Notes: generated by a model from the sequence alone, not told the origin. DNA of 63,960 bases, filler included, from 8 parts of 8 records of this genome joined end to end with filler, not necessarily neighbours in it; one strand, 5' to 3'; shown: positions 52,009 through 61,637, numbered from the whole stretch's first letter. Translations and numbers: made by a program.

Positions 52009-54225
52009 CTACCGGCGGTGACTGGCGGTCTCGGCTGCGGCGGTCAGGAACTGCCCCAGACGGTGGCGGTCCAGCGGTTTCGGCAGGAATGTCAGGTCGA
52101 GCGCCTTGCAATCCTGCCGCAACTCCGGGCTGCGATCGGCAGAGACGATGGCGCAGGGCAGGGCGCCCATCCGCGCCCGCAGGGCGTGATACAGGCCGAT
52201 CCCCGTGGGGCCGGGGCCAAGCTGGTAGTCCAGCAACAGCGCGTCCGGTTCGATCTGCAGATCGTCGAGCAGCGTCAGCGCCGCTTCGGCGTTCTCGGCC
52301 TGCAGGACGCTGACGTCCCAGCTTTCCAGCATGACCGTCACCGCGCGGCTGAGTTGCGGGTCGTTCTCGACCAGCAGCACGATCAGCCCGGCCTGCGACA
52401 GGCCCGTGGGCCGGGCACTGCGCGGATGGGGGGCGATCTCGGCGGCGGCCCGCCCGGCGATCGGCACGTTCACCATGAAGCACGACCCGCGCCCGACTTC
52501 GGACCACAGCCCCAGCGGATGCCCCAGCCGTGCGCAGGCGCGTTCCACGATGGCAAGGCCAAGGCCCAGACCCTCGTTGCGGCTGGCCTTGGTGTCGAGG
52601 CGGCGGAACTCTTCGAAGATGGCGTTCTGATCCTCTTCGGCGATGCCCGGGCCGGTGTCCCAGACCTCGATCCGGGCCGAGGCGCCGCTGCGGCGCACCC
52701 CCACCAGCACGCGGCCCGCATCGGTGTAGCGGATCGCGTTGGCCAGCAGGTTCTGCACGATCCGCCGCAGATAGCTGGCGTCACTCTGCACCATCAGGTC
52801 GCTGTCCACGAAGTCTAGCCGCAGGCCCTTGCGCTCTGCCAGCACCGCCATCTCGTCGCGCAGGGGGCGAAAGATCTCGTGCAGGGCGACGGTGCGGATG
52901 TCGAAATGCAGCCCGTCGCCGTCCAGTTTCGAGATGTCCAGAAGCGCGTCGATGATCTGTTCGGCGCTGGTCAGGGCGCTTTCGGCCTTGTGCAGCACCG
53001 CCTGATCGGCGCCGTTCACCGTCCGCTCCGCCAGCGAAGAGACATAGAGCTTCGCCGCCGACAGCGGTTGCAGCAGGTCATGCGAGGCGGCGGCGACGAA
53101 ACGCGACTTCGAGGCATTGGCCCGCTCGGCGGCGGACAGCGCATCCTCCAGTTCCAGCGTGCGCTCCATCACGCGCTGCTCCAGCACCTCGTTGAGCTCC
53201 GCCAGCTTCTGCGCGGCCTCCCGTTCGGCGGTGACGTCGGTTATCGCCATGAGGAACCCGCCGTCCGGCATCCCGCGCCCGAAGATCTGCAGGACGGTCT
53301 GCGGCCCGCGGCGGATCTCGAAGGACACCGGCTCGCGCGGTTGCGCCGAGGCGGCCCAATGGCGGAAACCCTCCCGCGTCAGCCCGCGCGTGAACTGCAC
53401 CTCGTCGTCCAGCCGGTCGATCAGGGCGGCGAAATCCGCGCCGATCTGAAGGCGGCGGGCGGGCAGGGACAGAAGATCGCCGGTCTTGTGGTTCCAGCCC
53501 ACCAGCCGCCCGTGGTCGTCGAAGATGCACACGCCCTGATTCAGGTGATCCAACGTCGCGCGCACCATCCGCGCCTGCTTGTCCTTCAGCCGGTCGCGTT
53601 CCGCCCGCTCCAGCCGCATCAGGTCGGTCACGTCGGTTTGCAGCACCACCGTGCCGCCGTTGGCGGTGCGATGCTCGGACACCTGCAACCAGCGCCCCTG
53701 CGACAGTTGCACGTTGAACATCACGCGGCGGTCCTGATGGCGGCGGGTCCGCCGTTCGGCCCATGTCTCGGGGGTCAGGTCGTCCGGCAGGGCCAGATAG
53801 CGCGAGCGGCTGACCCGGTCGACGTAGTCGGAAAACGGCAGGCCCGGGCGAAGATGCTGCGACATATCCCTGAAATCGCGACAGAATCGCGAGTTGCACA
53901 TGACGAGGATGTCATCGCTGTCGAACAGGGCGAAGCCCTCGGAGACCGTCTCGATGGCATCGGCGAGGTTGCGCCGCGCGGCCTCGGTCTCGCGGTTGGC
54001 CTCGGCCAGCTGGGCGTTGGACTGGTGCAGAAGGTCGAGCGTCCGCTCCAACTCCAGCGTGCGCTCGCGCACCCGCTTTTCCAGAAGCGCCGCGCGTTCG
54101 AACTGGGCATAGGCCTCGCCCGACTGCTCCGAGCCATATTCGACGCGGTTCATCAGGGCCTCTGCGATGCGCAGCAGCTTTTCGTTCTGGCGCTCGAGGC
54201 TGTCGGCGGGGTTGACCAAAGACAT
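52009..54225 (-). CDS. PAS-domain hybrid sensor histidine kinase (NahK/ErcS-like)
   Basis: Two PAS-like domains, ASHDLLQPL, WDTGPGI, GLGLAIV, C-terminal REC. Confidence 0.9.
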   Translation of the reverse strand: MSLVNPADSLERQNEKLLRIAEALMNRVEYGSEQSGEAYAQFERAALLEKRVRERTLELERTLDLLHQSNAQLAEANRETEAARRNLADAIETVSEGFALFDSDDILVMCNSRFCRDFRDMSQHLRPGLPFSDYVDRVSRSRYLALPDDLTPETWAERRTRRHQDRRVMFNVQLSQGRWLQVSEHRTANGGTVVLQTDVTDLMRLERAERDRLKDKQARMVRATLDHLNQGVCIFDDHGRLVGWNHKTGDLLSLPARRLQIGADFAALIDRLDDEVQFTRGLTREGFRHWAASAQPREPVSFEIRRGPQTVLQIFGRGMPDGGFLMAITDVTAEREAAQKLAELNEVLEQRVMERTLELEDALSAAERANASKSRFVAAASHDLLQPLSAAKLYVSSLAERTVNGADQAVLHKAESALTSAEQIIDALLDISKLDGDGLHFDIRTVALHEIFRPLRDEMAVLAERKGLRLDFVDSDLMVQSDASYLRRIVQNLLANAIRYTDAGRVLVGVRRSGASARIEVWDTGPGIAEEDQNAIFEEFRRLDTKASRNEGLGLGLAIVERACARLGHPLGLWSEVGRGSCFMVNVPIAGRAAAEIAPHPRSARPTGLSQAGLIVLLVENDPQLSRAVTVMLESWDVSVLQAENAEAALTLLDDLQIEPDALLLDYQLGPGPTGIGLYHALRARMGALPCAIVSADRSPELRQDCKALDLTFLPKPLDRHRLGQFLTAAAETASHRR

Positions 54226-55400
54226 CAGCGGCGCGGGGCGGGGTAGATGGCGACCCCGGTCAGGGTCTGGTTGACGTGCAACCCGCCCGTCTGCTCTCCG
54301 TAGGTGGAAAAGCCCACGACGCGGTGCCTTTGCAGGATGTCCGAGATCTCGCGCCCCTTCTGAACCTGCTCGGCGTCGATGCGGCGCAGGATGCAGTCGC
54401 AGCCAAGGATATGCTCGGGCGCCGTCGTGGCCGCCAGCGCGCCAAGCCCGCTTTCGAGATGCTGCGCGATGTCCTGATGAGAGGCGAGCGTCAGCACCAT
54501 GCCCTCGTTGATGGCAGAGAAGAACACGAGGTCGCTGTTTTCGGACACCTGCTGGATGGCGCGCACGTGATGGGTGTCGCCGACCCGCACGACCACCGGA
54601 TGTGCCGCGAAGGTGAAGCTGCCAAGCTGGTTCGGGTCCTTGCCCAGCAGGCGCGCGTATTCCTGCGCGGCGGGCTCTGCGTTTATCTCATGTACGATGC
54701 GACGCTCGGGCGAGGCGCGCGTGACCACCATGCGCACGTCGGTCGGCACGAGGTTGTCGAGGCTGAAGACCTTCACCGGGCAATGGCTGCGCACCATGGC
54801 CAGCAGCGCCGCGTTGCGCCGCACCGCGCCGTTGCGCGACAGCCATGTGCCGCGGAAGGCGGTGCCATCGCCCGAAGAGCCGCCGAACAGCGGCATCGGC
54901 CCCAGCCCCGAGGCCAGCGCCGAAGCCAGACGTTCCTCGCACAGCGACAGCCCGTCGACCATGAGGAAGGCGAATTCATAGGCCTTGTCGGCCGCGTCGC
55001 GGTTCAGCTGCATCCGGTGCCGGATCAGCGCGTCCATCAACGCCTGCTCGTCGAGCTGGTCGAGATCGTCGATGGCGCAGGTGATCGCCGTGAAGAGGGC
55101 GGCAGGAAAGCCGATCGCCATGATCTGCCCGCTCTCATAGCCTTGGCGGCCAAGCTCTCCGGCGGTGGTGCAGGCCAGCACGTCGGTGCCGGGAAAGGCC
55201 TGCCGGGCGCCTTGCGTCAGCGCATGGAAATCCGCATCGGGCGAGGCAAAGAGGCAGACCATCGCGAAGGGGCCGGTGCCCAGTTGCCGGGACAGCGCCT
55301 GTGCGGGGCGGGTCAGGGTCGCAGAGACCTGCGCCACGCGCAGGGTGGTCTCGGTCTCCTGCATCTCGTCCCCGGCGGAGCCGGTGCTTGCCCCGTCCAT
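54225..55400 (-). CDS. FIST-domain sensor protein (NosP-like)
   Basis: CTTAGE, FGGSSGDG, GCDCILRR, GFSTYGEQ..HVNQTLTG. Confidence 0.9.
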   Translation of the reverse strand: MDGASTGSAGDEMQETETTLRVAQVSATLTRPAQALSRQLGTGPFAMVCLFASPDADFHALTQGARQAFPGTDVLACTTAGELGRQGYESGQIMAIGFPAALFTAITCAIDDLDQLDEQALMDALIRHRMQLNRDAADKAYEFAFLMVDGLSLCEERLASALASGLGPMPLFGGSSGDGTAFRGTWLSRNGAVRRNAALLAMVRSHCPVKVFSLDNLVPTDVRMVVTRASPERRIVHEINAEPAAQEYARLLGKDPNQLGSFTFAAHPVVVRVGDTHHVRAIQQVSENSDLVFFSAINEGMVLTLASHQDIAQHLESGLGALAATTAPEHILGCDCILRRIDAEQVQKGREISDILQRHRVVGFSTYGEQTGGLHVNQTLTGVAIYPAPRR

Positions 55401-55437
55401 GTCGATCCCCCTCAGCCTGGCCGGCAGGATAGGTCCG

Positions 55438-56136
55438 TCAGCCTTCGCTTGGCAAGACGTTGGTAAAGCGCGCCTCCTGCGCCACCAGCACCGCCTGTGT
55501 TCGGCTGTGGACTCCCAGCTTGCGCATGATCGCCGTCACATGCGCCTTCACCGTGGTCTCGGCGATCGTGAGGTCATAGGCGATCTGCTTGTTCAGCTTG
55601 CCCTCGCAGATCAGGTGCAGGATGCGCGCCTGCTGATTGGTCAACGAGGCCAGCCGCGCCAGCGCGTCGTCCGGTTCCGCCCCGGCGCCGCCCTTGGGGT
55701 CGATGTAGCCGTCGGGCACGAACATCTGCCCGGTAGAGACCGCCTCGAAGGCGCGGCGAAAGACGGACCGTTGCGAGTGCTTCGGCACGAAGCCGTTGGC
55801 GCCCGCCTTCAGCGCGTGGCTGATCATCCGGTTGTCGGCCATGGACGAGGCGATCAGGATCGCCGTCCGCGGGGCGGCATTACGCAGCCGCACCAGCCCG
55901 TCCAGCCCGTTCACGTCGGGCAGGTTGAGGTCGAGCACGATCAGCCCGACCTCGGGGTCGCGCGCCACCACGTCCAGCGCCTTTTCGAGGGTCCCCGCGG
56001 TGCGGATCTCTTCGAAGTCGGCGATGGATTGCAGCGTCAGCGTCAGCGCGTCGCAAAACAGCGGATGGTCATCGACCACCAGCGCGGTGCCGGGCCGGTC
56101 GGCGGAGAGGGTCCTGTCCTGGGCTTTCTCGATCAT
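55438..56136 (-). CDS. LuxR-family response regulator
   Basis: VDDHPLF, LDLNLPD, LNKQIAYDL..ETTVKAHV. Confidence 0.92.
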   Translation of the reverse strand: MIEKAQDRTLSADRPGTALVVDDHPLFCDALTLTLQSIADFEEIRTAGTLEKALDVVARDPEVGLIVLDLNLPDVNGLDGLVRLRNAAPRTAILIASSMADNRMISHALKAGANGFVPKHSQRSVFRRAFEAVSTGQMFVPDGYIDPKGGAGAEPDDALARLASLTNQQARILHLICEGKLNKQIAYDLTIAETTVKAHVTAIMRKLGVHSRTQAVLVAQEARFTNVLPSEG

Positions 56137-56247
56137 GGTCACGCCTGTCTTTCGGTTCACCCAGCATAGGCGGCAAAAGCCCTGCGGTCTCTTGCCCAAA
56201 GGTCTAAGCCGGGACTGCCCCGGGCGTGGACGCGCGACCCGGGCCCG

Positions 56248-56361
56248 TCAGAACCAGCCGCGCACCATGCGCGAGCCCTCCGAGATGTCCTGCCCAAGGC
56301 CATCCACGGTGCCGCAGCCCGCCAGCATCAGTGCCAATGTCAGAAGAAGTGCCTGTTTCAT
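56248..56361 (-). CDS. Entericidin EcnA/B-like small lipoprotein
   Basis: MKQALLLTLALMLAGCGTVDGLGQDIS. Confidence 0.8.
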   Translation of the reverse strand: MKQALLLTLALMLAGCGTVDGLGQDISEGSRMVRGWF

Positions 56362-56414
56362 GTCTCTGCTCTTGGTTGGGGCGGGCGCCCTCTTCGGGAC
56401 GTCCCGCCGGTTGG

Positions 56415-58232
56415 TCATTTCTCTTCCCACCACCAGACATCGGGCTGGAAGCCCAGCCAGTCGCCATAGACCGGCGTGTCGGGGGAATAGGTCAGTTCCT
56501 TCGCATGGGCGATCCGGCTGAGGTCATAGCGATACATGATCGGGATGACGTAGCGCCCCGCCGTCAGGATGCGGTCGAGCGCGCGGGTGGCGGCCACGAA
56601 ATCCTCCTGGCTCTCGGCGGCCAGCATGGTGTCGATCATCGCATCGGCCGCCGCGCTCTTGGCGCCCATCAGGTTGCGCGATCCGATCTCGTCCGCCGCC
56701 GCCGATCCGAAATAGAGCCGCTGTTCGTTGCCCGGCGACAGCGAGAGGCTGCGCTCGTAATAGACCATGTCGAAGTCGAAGTCCTTCGAGCGCGCCTCGA
56801 ACTGCGCGGAATCGGTCATGCTGACGGTGGCGCGGATGCCCATGCGCTCCAGCGCGGTCGCGTACATCAGCGCGATGGCCTCGTCCTCGCCCTTGCCCTG
56901 CCGGATCAGGATGTCGAAGGTGAAGGGCTGGCCGTCCTTCTGCATCACCCCGTCCTCGATGGTCCAGCCGGCCTCGGCCATCAGGTCCATGGCGCGGCCA
57001 AGGTTCTTGCGGTTGCGCACCGACCCGTCCGAGACGGGCAGGGCGTAGCCCTCCAGCGTGCCGGGGGGCAGGTCGTCGGCGAAAGGCTCCAGCATCTCGC
57101 GCACGCGGCCCTCGGCGGGGCCGGGCTGCATCCCGAGAACCGAGTTCCCGTAATAGGAGGTGATGCGCGGCTGGCTGCCGCCGGTCTGCACATCGTTGAT
57201 GTATTCAAAGTTGAAGGCCTGCAGCAGCGCCTCGCGCACGCGCCAATCGCCGAACTTGTCGCGGCGGGTGTTCATGGCGAAGCCGTACATGCCGAAGGGA
57301 CGCTCATGCGCGATTTCGGACTTCACGATCTCGCCCGACTGCACGGCGGGAAAGTCGTACTGCGTGCGCCATTTCTCGACGTCGGTCTCGCGGTTGGAGT
57401 TGAGAACGCCGCCCTTGAAGGCCTCGAACATGGCGGTGCTGTCGGCGAAGAACTCCATCCGGATGGTGTCGAGGTTGTGGAACCCCTGCCGCGCGGGCAC
57501 GTCCTTGCCCCAGTAGTCGGGGTCGCGCGTCAGTTCCACGAAGCGGCCCGGATCGACGCTGGTGACGGTGTAGGGGGCCGAGGAGATCGGGATGGTGTCG
57601 AGACCGGATTCGCCGAAATCCCTGTCGTCCCATTGCGCCTTCTTCAGGATCGGGCGCATCCCTATGACCAGCGCAAGCTCGCGGTTGTCCTCGTTGAAGG
57701 TGAAGCGCACCGACCGCTCGCCGGTCTGCTCCATGCTCTCGACGCTCTTCCAGACACCAAGGTAGCGCGGATGCCCCTCGGTCCCGAGCGTCTCATAGGA
57801 CCACATCACGTCCTCGACCGTGACCGGGCTGCCGTCGCTGAAGCGCGCCTCGGGGCGGAGGGTGAATTCCACCCATTCGCGGTCGGGGCCGACCTCGACC
57901 GATTCGGCGAGAAGGCCGTAGAGCGCGAAGGGCTCGTCGTAATTGCGCTCCAGCAGGGTCTCGTAGGCGAGGAACCGCAGCTGCCAGGGCGTCGTGCCCT
58001 TGAGGATATGCGGGTTGAGGCTGTCGAAGGTGCCGACTTCGCCCAGAACGATCTTGCCGCCCTTGGGCGCATCGGGGTTCGCATAGGGGAAGGACGTGAA
58101 ATCCGGGGGAAGCGCCGGGTCGCCATACATGGCAATGCCATGCTGCGGTTCCGCGAATCCCTGAACGGCCGAGAGAATCAGCGCCGGGATCGCGCAAGAA
58201 AACACCCCGGACATGGAAGATTTGATGTTCAT
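56415..58232 (-). CDS. ABC peptide solute-binding protein (YejA-like)
   Basis: HGIAMYG, ANPDAPKGG, FDSLNP, YGLLAE, SPGNEQ; start uncertain. Confidence 0.9.
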   Translation of the reverse strand: MNIKSSMSGVFSCAIPALILSAVQGFAEPQHGIAMYGDPALPPDFTSFPYANPDAPKGGKIVLGEVGTFDSLNPHILKGTTPWQLRFLAYETLLERNYDEPFALYGLLAESVEVGPDREWVEFTLRPEARFSDGSPVTVEDVMWSYETLGTEGHPRYLGVWKSVESMEQTGERSVRFTFNEDNRELALVIGMRPILKKAQWDDRDFGESGLDTIPISSAPYTVTSVDPGRFVELTRDPDYWGKDVPARQGFHNLDTIRMEFFADSTAMFEAFKGGVLNSNRETDVEKWRTQYDFPAVQSGEIVKSEIAHERPFGMYGFAMNTRRDKFGDWRVREALLQAFNFEYINDVQTGGSQPRITSYYGNSVLGMQPGPAEGRVREMLEPFADDLPPGTLEGYALPVSDGSVRNRKNLGRAMDLMAEAGWTIEDGVMQKDGQPFTFDILIRQGKGEDEAIALMYATALERMGIRATVSMTDSAQFEARSKDFDFDMVYYERSLSLSPGNEQRLYFGSAAADEIGSRNLMGAKSAAADAMIDTMLAAESQEDFVAATRALDRILTAGRYVIPIMYRYDLSRIAHAKELTYSPDTPVYGDWLGFQPDVWWWEEK

Positions 58233-58309
58233 TCTGAAGATCGCCCCGCACTGCCCTTGTTTTGTTGACCTATGAATACCTGCGCTTTTACGCCTTTTCA
58301 AACTTTTAG

Positions 58310-58338
58310 CTTGGACTCGGGCGCGAAAGCGCCTATAA
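58310..58338 (+). promoter_or_regulatory. RpoH-like promoter directed toward the contig end
   Basis: CTTG-N18-CCTATA. Confidence 0.4.
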
Positions 58339-58472
58339 CAGGGGCACTGCTCGATAGGTTTCTTGCCTGTATNNNNNNNNNNNNNNNNNNNNNNNNNNNN
58401 NNNNNNNNNNNNNNNNTTAATTAATTAANNNNNNNNNNNNNNNNNNNNNNNNNNNNNNNNNNNNNNNNNNNN

Positions 58473-58834
58473 GGTTGGCCAACCATGATTTGCCTCATCC
58501 CGATGCAGCGGCGTTGCGGCTTCAATTGGACAAAATGGCACCCAGCATGGGCTTACCGCCCAGCAAGGAAATTGAACTCATCGGGGATCAAAATCGACGC
58601 GAGATTTTCGACAAGTTCAAACCCATCAACAAGAAACTTGGAGGTCTTGTTGGACGAAGCGAATTCTTTACGGATCTTGACCAAGCTCTTGTGCCGCAGC
58701 CCGTGGCGGAACGCGACGCCTTTGATGCCTCCATTTCATATTTGAAAAATCTTCGGGGCAACGAAGACATTGATAAAAATCGTGAGTTCATAGATCTAGC
58801 ATTCAATAAGTCGCAGAGTTCTTGGATTACATAG
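58473..58834 (+). CDS. C-terminal fragment of a hypothetical protein
   Basis: Open frame from the contig start to TAG; no recognisable motif. Confidence 0.55.
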
Positions 58835-58911
58835 ACTTACTCTGCGTCGGCAAATGTTTTTGAGAAAAATGCCTGTAGTTCGCTGTTCTAATTAGTCGTT
58901 TCAACTCGACG

Positions 58912-58940
58912 TTGACTTCTTAACCTTATAAATTCAGTCT
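58912..58940 (+). promoter_or_regulatory. Putative sigma70 promoter for the C4-like leader and nuclease
   Basis: TTGACT-N17-CAGTCT immediately before the first leader hairpin. Confidence 0.5.
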
Positions 58941-58942
58941 CA

Positions 58943-58985
58943 AGCGGTACGCGCCGCTCGGGCCTTAGAACCCCCCTAAGCAAGT
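58943..58985 (+). promoter_or_regulatory. c4-a1b1-like target element
   Basis: Hairpin AGCGG/CCGCT, then a GGG/CCC hairpin exposing TTAGAAC (b1), then AGCAAGT (a1). Confidence 0.6.
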
Positions 58986-59046
58986 GGTTGGCCAGACCAA
59001 AACTGTGTCATCGACCTTGACTTCTTAGGTCTGGGTGCCTGTGGCG

Positions 59047-59112
59047 TATGCCCGGGGCGCTCGCCTAAAGGCCATGGGGACCGGGCTTGCTTCGGTTGTT
59101 CTAACTCCCGGA
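59047..59112 (+). ncRNA. C4-like antisense RNA
   Basis: Closing stem CCGGGG/TCCCGG, hairpin GCC-TAAA-GGC, hairpin ACCGG-GCTTGCT-TCGGT (a' loop) and single-stranded GTTCTAA (b'), complementary to upstream a1/b1. Confidence 0.6.
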
Positions 59113-59172
59113 TTGGGAATTCAGTCTCTCATTTTGCGGGGGCGTACCGAAGAACAGACACTGGGGGTTATT

Positions 59173-60327
59173 TTGAAAGCAGTAGGTGCACCGATTTGGG
59201 TGCGGGAGAATTCCGCGAACATCCTTCTTCAACAAAAAATCGGCAAAGGCGCTCCCTTTGATGAGCGCTGGCTTCAGGAGCTTGTGTTCAGGCATCCTGA
59301 AGCAATTCCAATGAGCCAGATTGAACCCGGGCTTTCGACGTTAATACCCGTTTGCATGGAGCTACCTCTGAGGTGCGGATTCCTTGATAGCTTCTACGCG
59401 ACTTCGGACGGCGATCTTGTAATCGTCGAAGTTAAGCTGTGGCAGAACCACGAGATGCGCCGGAGCGTCATGGCGCAAGCGCTGGACTATGCATCAGCAA
59501 TGTTCGAGCTTACCTATGAAGAACTCGATCTGGCGGTACAGAACGCGGAACAAAAGGAAGGTAAGTCTCTCTATGAAATCGTGAATCCCGCCGAAACCTT
59601 GGAAGAACGTGACTTTATCGATGCGGTTTCACATAACCTTAAAACGGGTCGCATTGTTGTGTTGGTTCTAGGTGATGGGATCCGAAGCGAGTTAGAAAAC
59701 CTGCATGGGGGGTTACAGCAGCACGCTGGATTTCAGTTCACTTTTGGATTGGTGGAATTGTCGGTCTACGAGCCTGAAACCGGAGAATACCTGTTGGTGC
59801 CACGCACTTTGGCCACAACACATCGAATTGAAAGGGGAGTTGTGAGGGTTTCTGGTGGCGTGGATCAGGTCACATTTGAACCTGCGCAATTTGTTGCACA
59901 GACTGCTGATAGCGCAGCCAAAACGATTTCGTCAGATATTTTTTTTGACGCAATGTCAGAAATTGACCGAAACTTGCCCGCTCAATTGCAGGTGTTGCTT
60001 GATGAACTGGCCAAGTTGGGCGTGTACCCAGAATATAAGAAATCTCTCATTCTTCGTTGGAATTCGCCCGATGGAGATGTTGCTAACCTCGGATATATTT
60101 ATCGCGATGGGCAAGTTTGGACTGATCATGTGTCCGAAAGCGTCAAGGACCAGAGTAGCACAGGTCGCTACCTTGCTGCGCTTGCGGAAAACTACGGATG
60201 CGAAGTAGGGGAAATTTCAGGGAGGCCGGTAGTTAAATTAAATGGCAAGGCTCCACGCGTTGAGCTGTTTTGTGCGAGAACGAGTTTGTGGGTGGAAGCC
60301 ATAGAGCGCTTCTTAGCTCATAAGTAG
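59173..60327 (+). CDS. PD-(D/E)xK nuclease, NucS/EndoMS-like domain protein
   Basis: ERWLQELV..HP, GFLDSF, VIVEVKLW, RSVMAQALDYA; TTG start after GGGGG RBS. Confidence 0.75.
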   Translation: MKAVGAPIWVRENSANILLQQKIGKGAPFDERWLQELVFRHPEAIPMSQIEPGLSTLIPVCMELPLRCGFLDSFYATSDGDLVIVEVKLWQNHEMRRSVMAQALDYASAMFELTYEELDLAVQNAEQKEGKSLYEIVNPAETLEERDFIDAVSHNLKTGRIVVLVLGDGIRSELENLHGGLQQHAGFQFTFGLVELSVYEPETGEYLLVPRTLATTHRIERGVVRVSGGVDQVTFEPAQFVAQTADSAAKTISSDIFFDAMSEIDRNLPAQLQVLLDELAKLGVYPEYKKSLILRWNSPDGDVANLGYIYRDGQVWTDHVSESVKDQSSTGRYLAALAENYGCEVGEISGRPVVKLNGKAPRVELFCARTSLWVEAIERFLAHK

Positions 60328-60622
60328 AAGTGGGCGGATTCCGGCCATTCGCTGGGGGTGCGAAAGTTTGCCATCAAAGTAGTGAAAGAAGCCTTTCCTA
60401 GGTCAATAATATTTGGCACCGATGTCGCACTCCGCCCCAAGGACAAGAAGCCACCGTAGGTTTCGGACTTTATAAAGTCATACGAACGGCTCGAAGTTGC
60501 CTTCCGTATTTGATCATCTTTATGACCGCTGCCATGTACTCAGGGCGGGCAAGAGTTTCTAATGCCTTTCATTTTCCATATTGACCATTTCAGTCTCTAA
60601 AAAGGTACCGGCACTTGATTTA

Positions 60623-61615
60623 TCAGCGATCACGCCCTCTTGTTCCCAGCAGTAGCAGAAAAACAAATACGGCCCCTACAGATGTGGTCACAATTCCCAC
60701 GGGGAGTTCCTGAGGCGCCAAGATAAGTCGAGATAGAATATCCGAACCCGTCAGCAAAATCGAACCTGTTATGGCAGCCAAAGGCAAAAGGCGGCGATGT
60801 AGAGGGCCCGCTAGTCCACGCGCGATATGGGGCACCATCAGCCCGACAAATCCGATGACGCCTGCAACAGAAACAAAGGCCGCAGTAGAGAGAGCAGCCA
60901 CCAAGAACATGCGGAACCGTACGGATCGAACTGGTACGCCAAGGCTAGAGGCGGTGATACCTCCGGCCAGCAAGGCATCCAGCCACCGATTGCGCCAGAG
61001 CGCATAGGCAAAGATCAAACCGAAGCCGGCCGCAACCAGCGGCAAGCTTTCCCAACGCGCTAGCCCCAGCCCTCCTAGCATCCAGAAGATGACAGAATGG
61101 GCCGCGCGATTATCGCCCGAAAAGATCAGGTAATTGGTAATAGCGGCAAACAGGAAAGATACAGCAAGTCCCGCAAGGATCAGCTTTTCGGGGGCGCTGG
61201 TGCGCAACGCTTGCACGAGGACAAGAACAATTCCAGAGGCAACCAAACCGCCACAGAACGCAGCGAGTGGCAGGGTCCATATACCGAAAACATCACCAGT
61301 TACGGTAATCACCAGAACCGCACCTGCAGCCGCCCCAGACGACAACCCAAACAAAAACGGATCCGCCAGATCATTCCGAGTTGTCGTCTGCAAAACTACA
61401 CCAACAACGCCCAGACCTGCCCCAATCAGCGCCGCAAAAAGCGCACGGGGTAATCTCAAATCAAAGATTATTCGGTGAATGGGTTCTGGATCGGTCACGC
61501 CGAACCCAAGACCGGTTGAAATTGCGACGAAGACGTCGCTCACGGGAATATCCGTGGTGCCATATAGCACTGACAGCAAAAGCAGGACGGCCAGGATGGC
61601 CGCCCCCAATATCAT
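60623..61615 (-). CDS. FecCD/BtuC-family ABC permease
   Basis: DLRLPR, RNDLADP, GVIGFVGL, ELPVG; start may be TTG at 61636. Confidence 0.92.
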   Translation of the reverse strand: MILGAAILAVLLLLSVLYGTTDIPVSDVFVAISTGLGFGVTDPEPIHRIIFDLRLPRALFAALIGAGLGVVGVVLQTTTRNDLADPFLFGLSSGAAAGAVLVITVTGDVFGIWTLPLAAFCGGLVASGIVLVLVQALRTSAPEKLILAGLAVSFLFAAITNYLIFSGDNRAAHSVIFWMLGGLGLARWESLPLVAAGFGLIFAYALWRNRWLDALLAGGITASSLGVPVRSVRFRMFLVAALSTAAFVSVAGVIGFVGLMVPHIARGLAGPLHRRLLPLAAITGSILLTGSDILSRLILAPQELPVGIVTTSVGAVFVFLLLLGTRGRDR

Positions 61616-61637
61616 AGAGAGCCCAAGTTTGCCCAAA

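Noticed and set aside
9552-55400. Joint NO-response system from the NsrR/globin locus and the FIST/kinase locus
   Set aside because: They are on different contigs with different composition, probably different genomes.
52879-58268. Long plus-strand ORFs (455, 396, 334 and 680 aa)
   Set aside because: Antisense to the well-supported kinase, FIST, regulator and binding-protein genes.
58943-59150. Retron msr-msd or 6S RNA interpretation of the structured leader
   Set aside because: No reverse transcriptase is visible on the contig, and the two short loop-target complementarities fit a C4-type layout better.
59035-59172. N-terminal 46-aa extension of the nuclease ORF in the ORF track
   Set aside because: It overlaps the structured RNA; a TTG with an RBS at 59173 is the better start.
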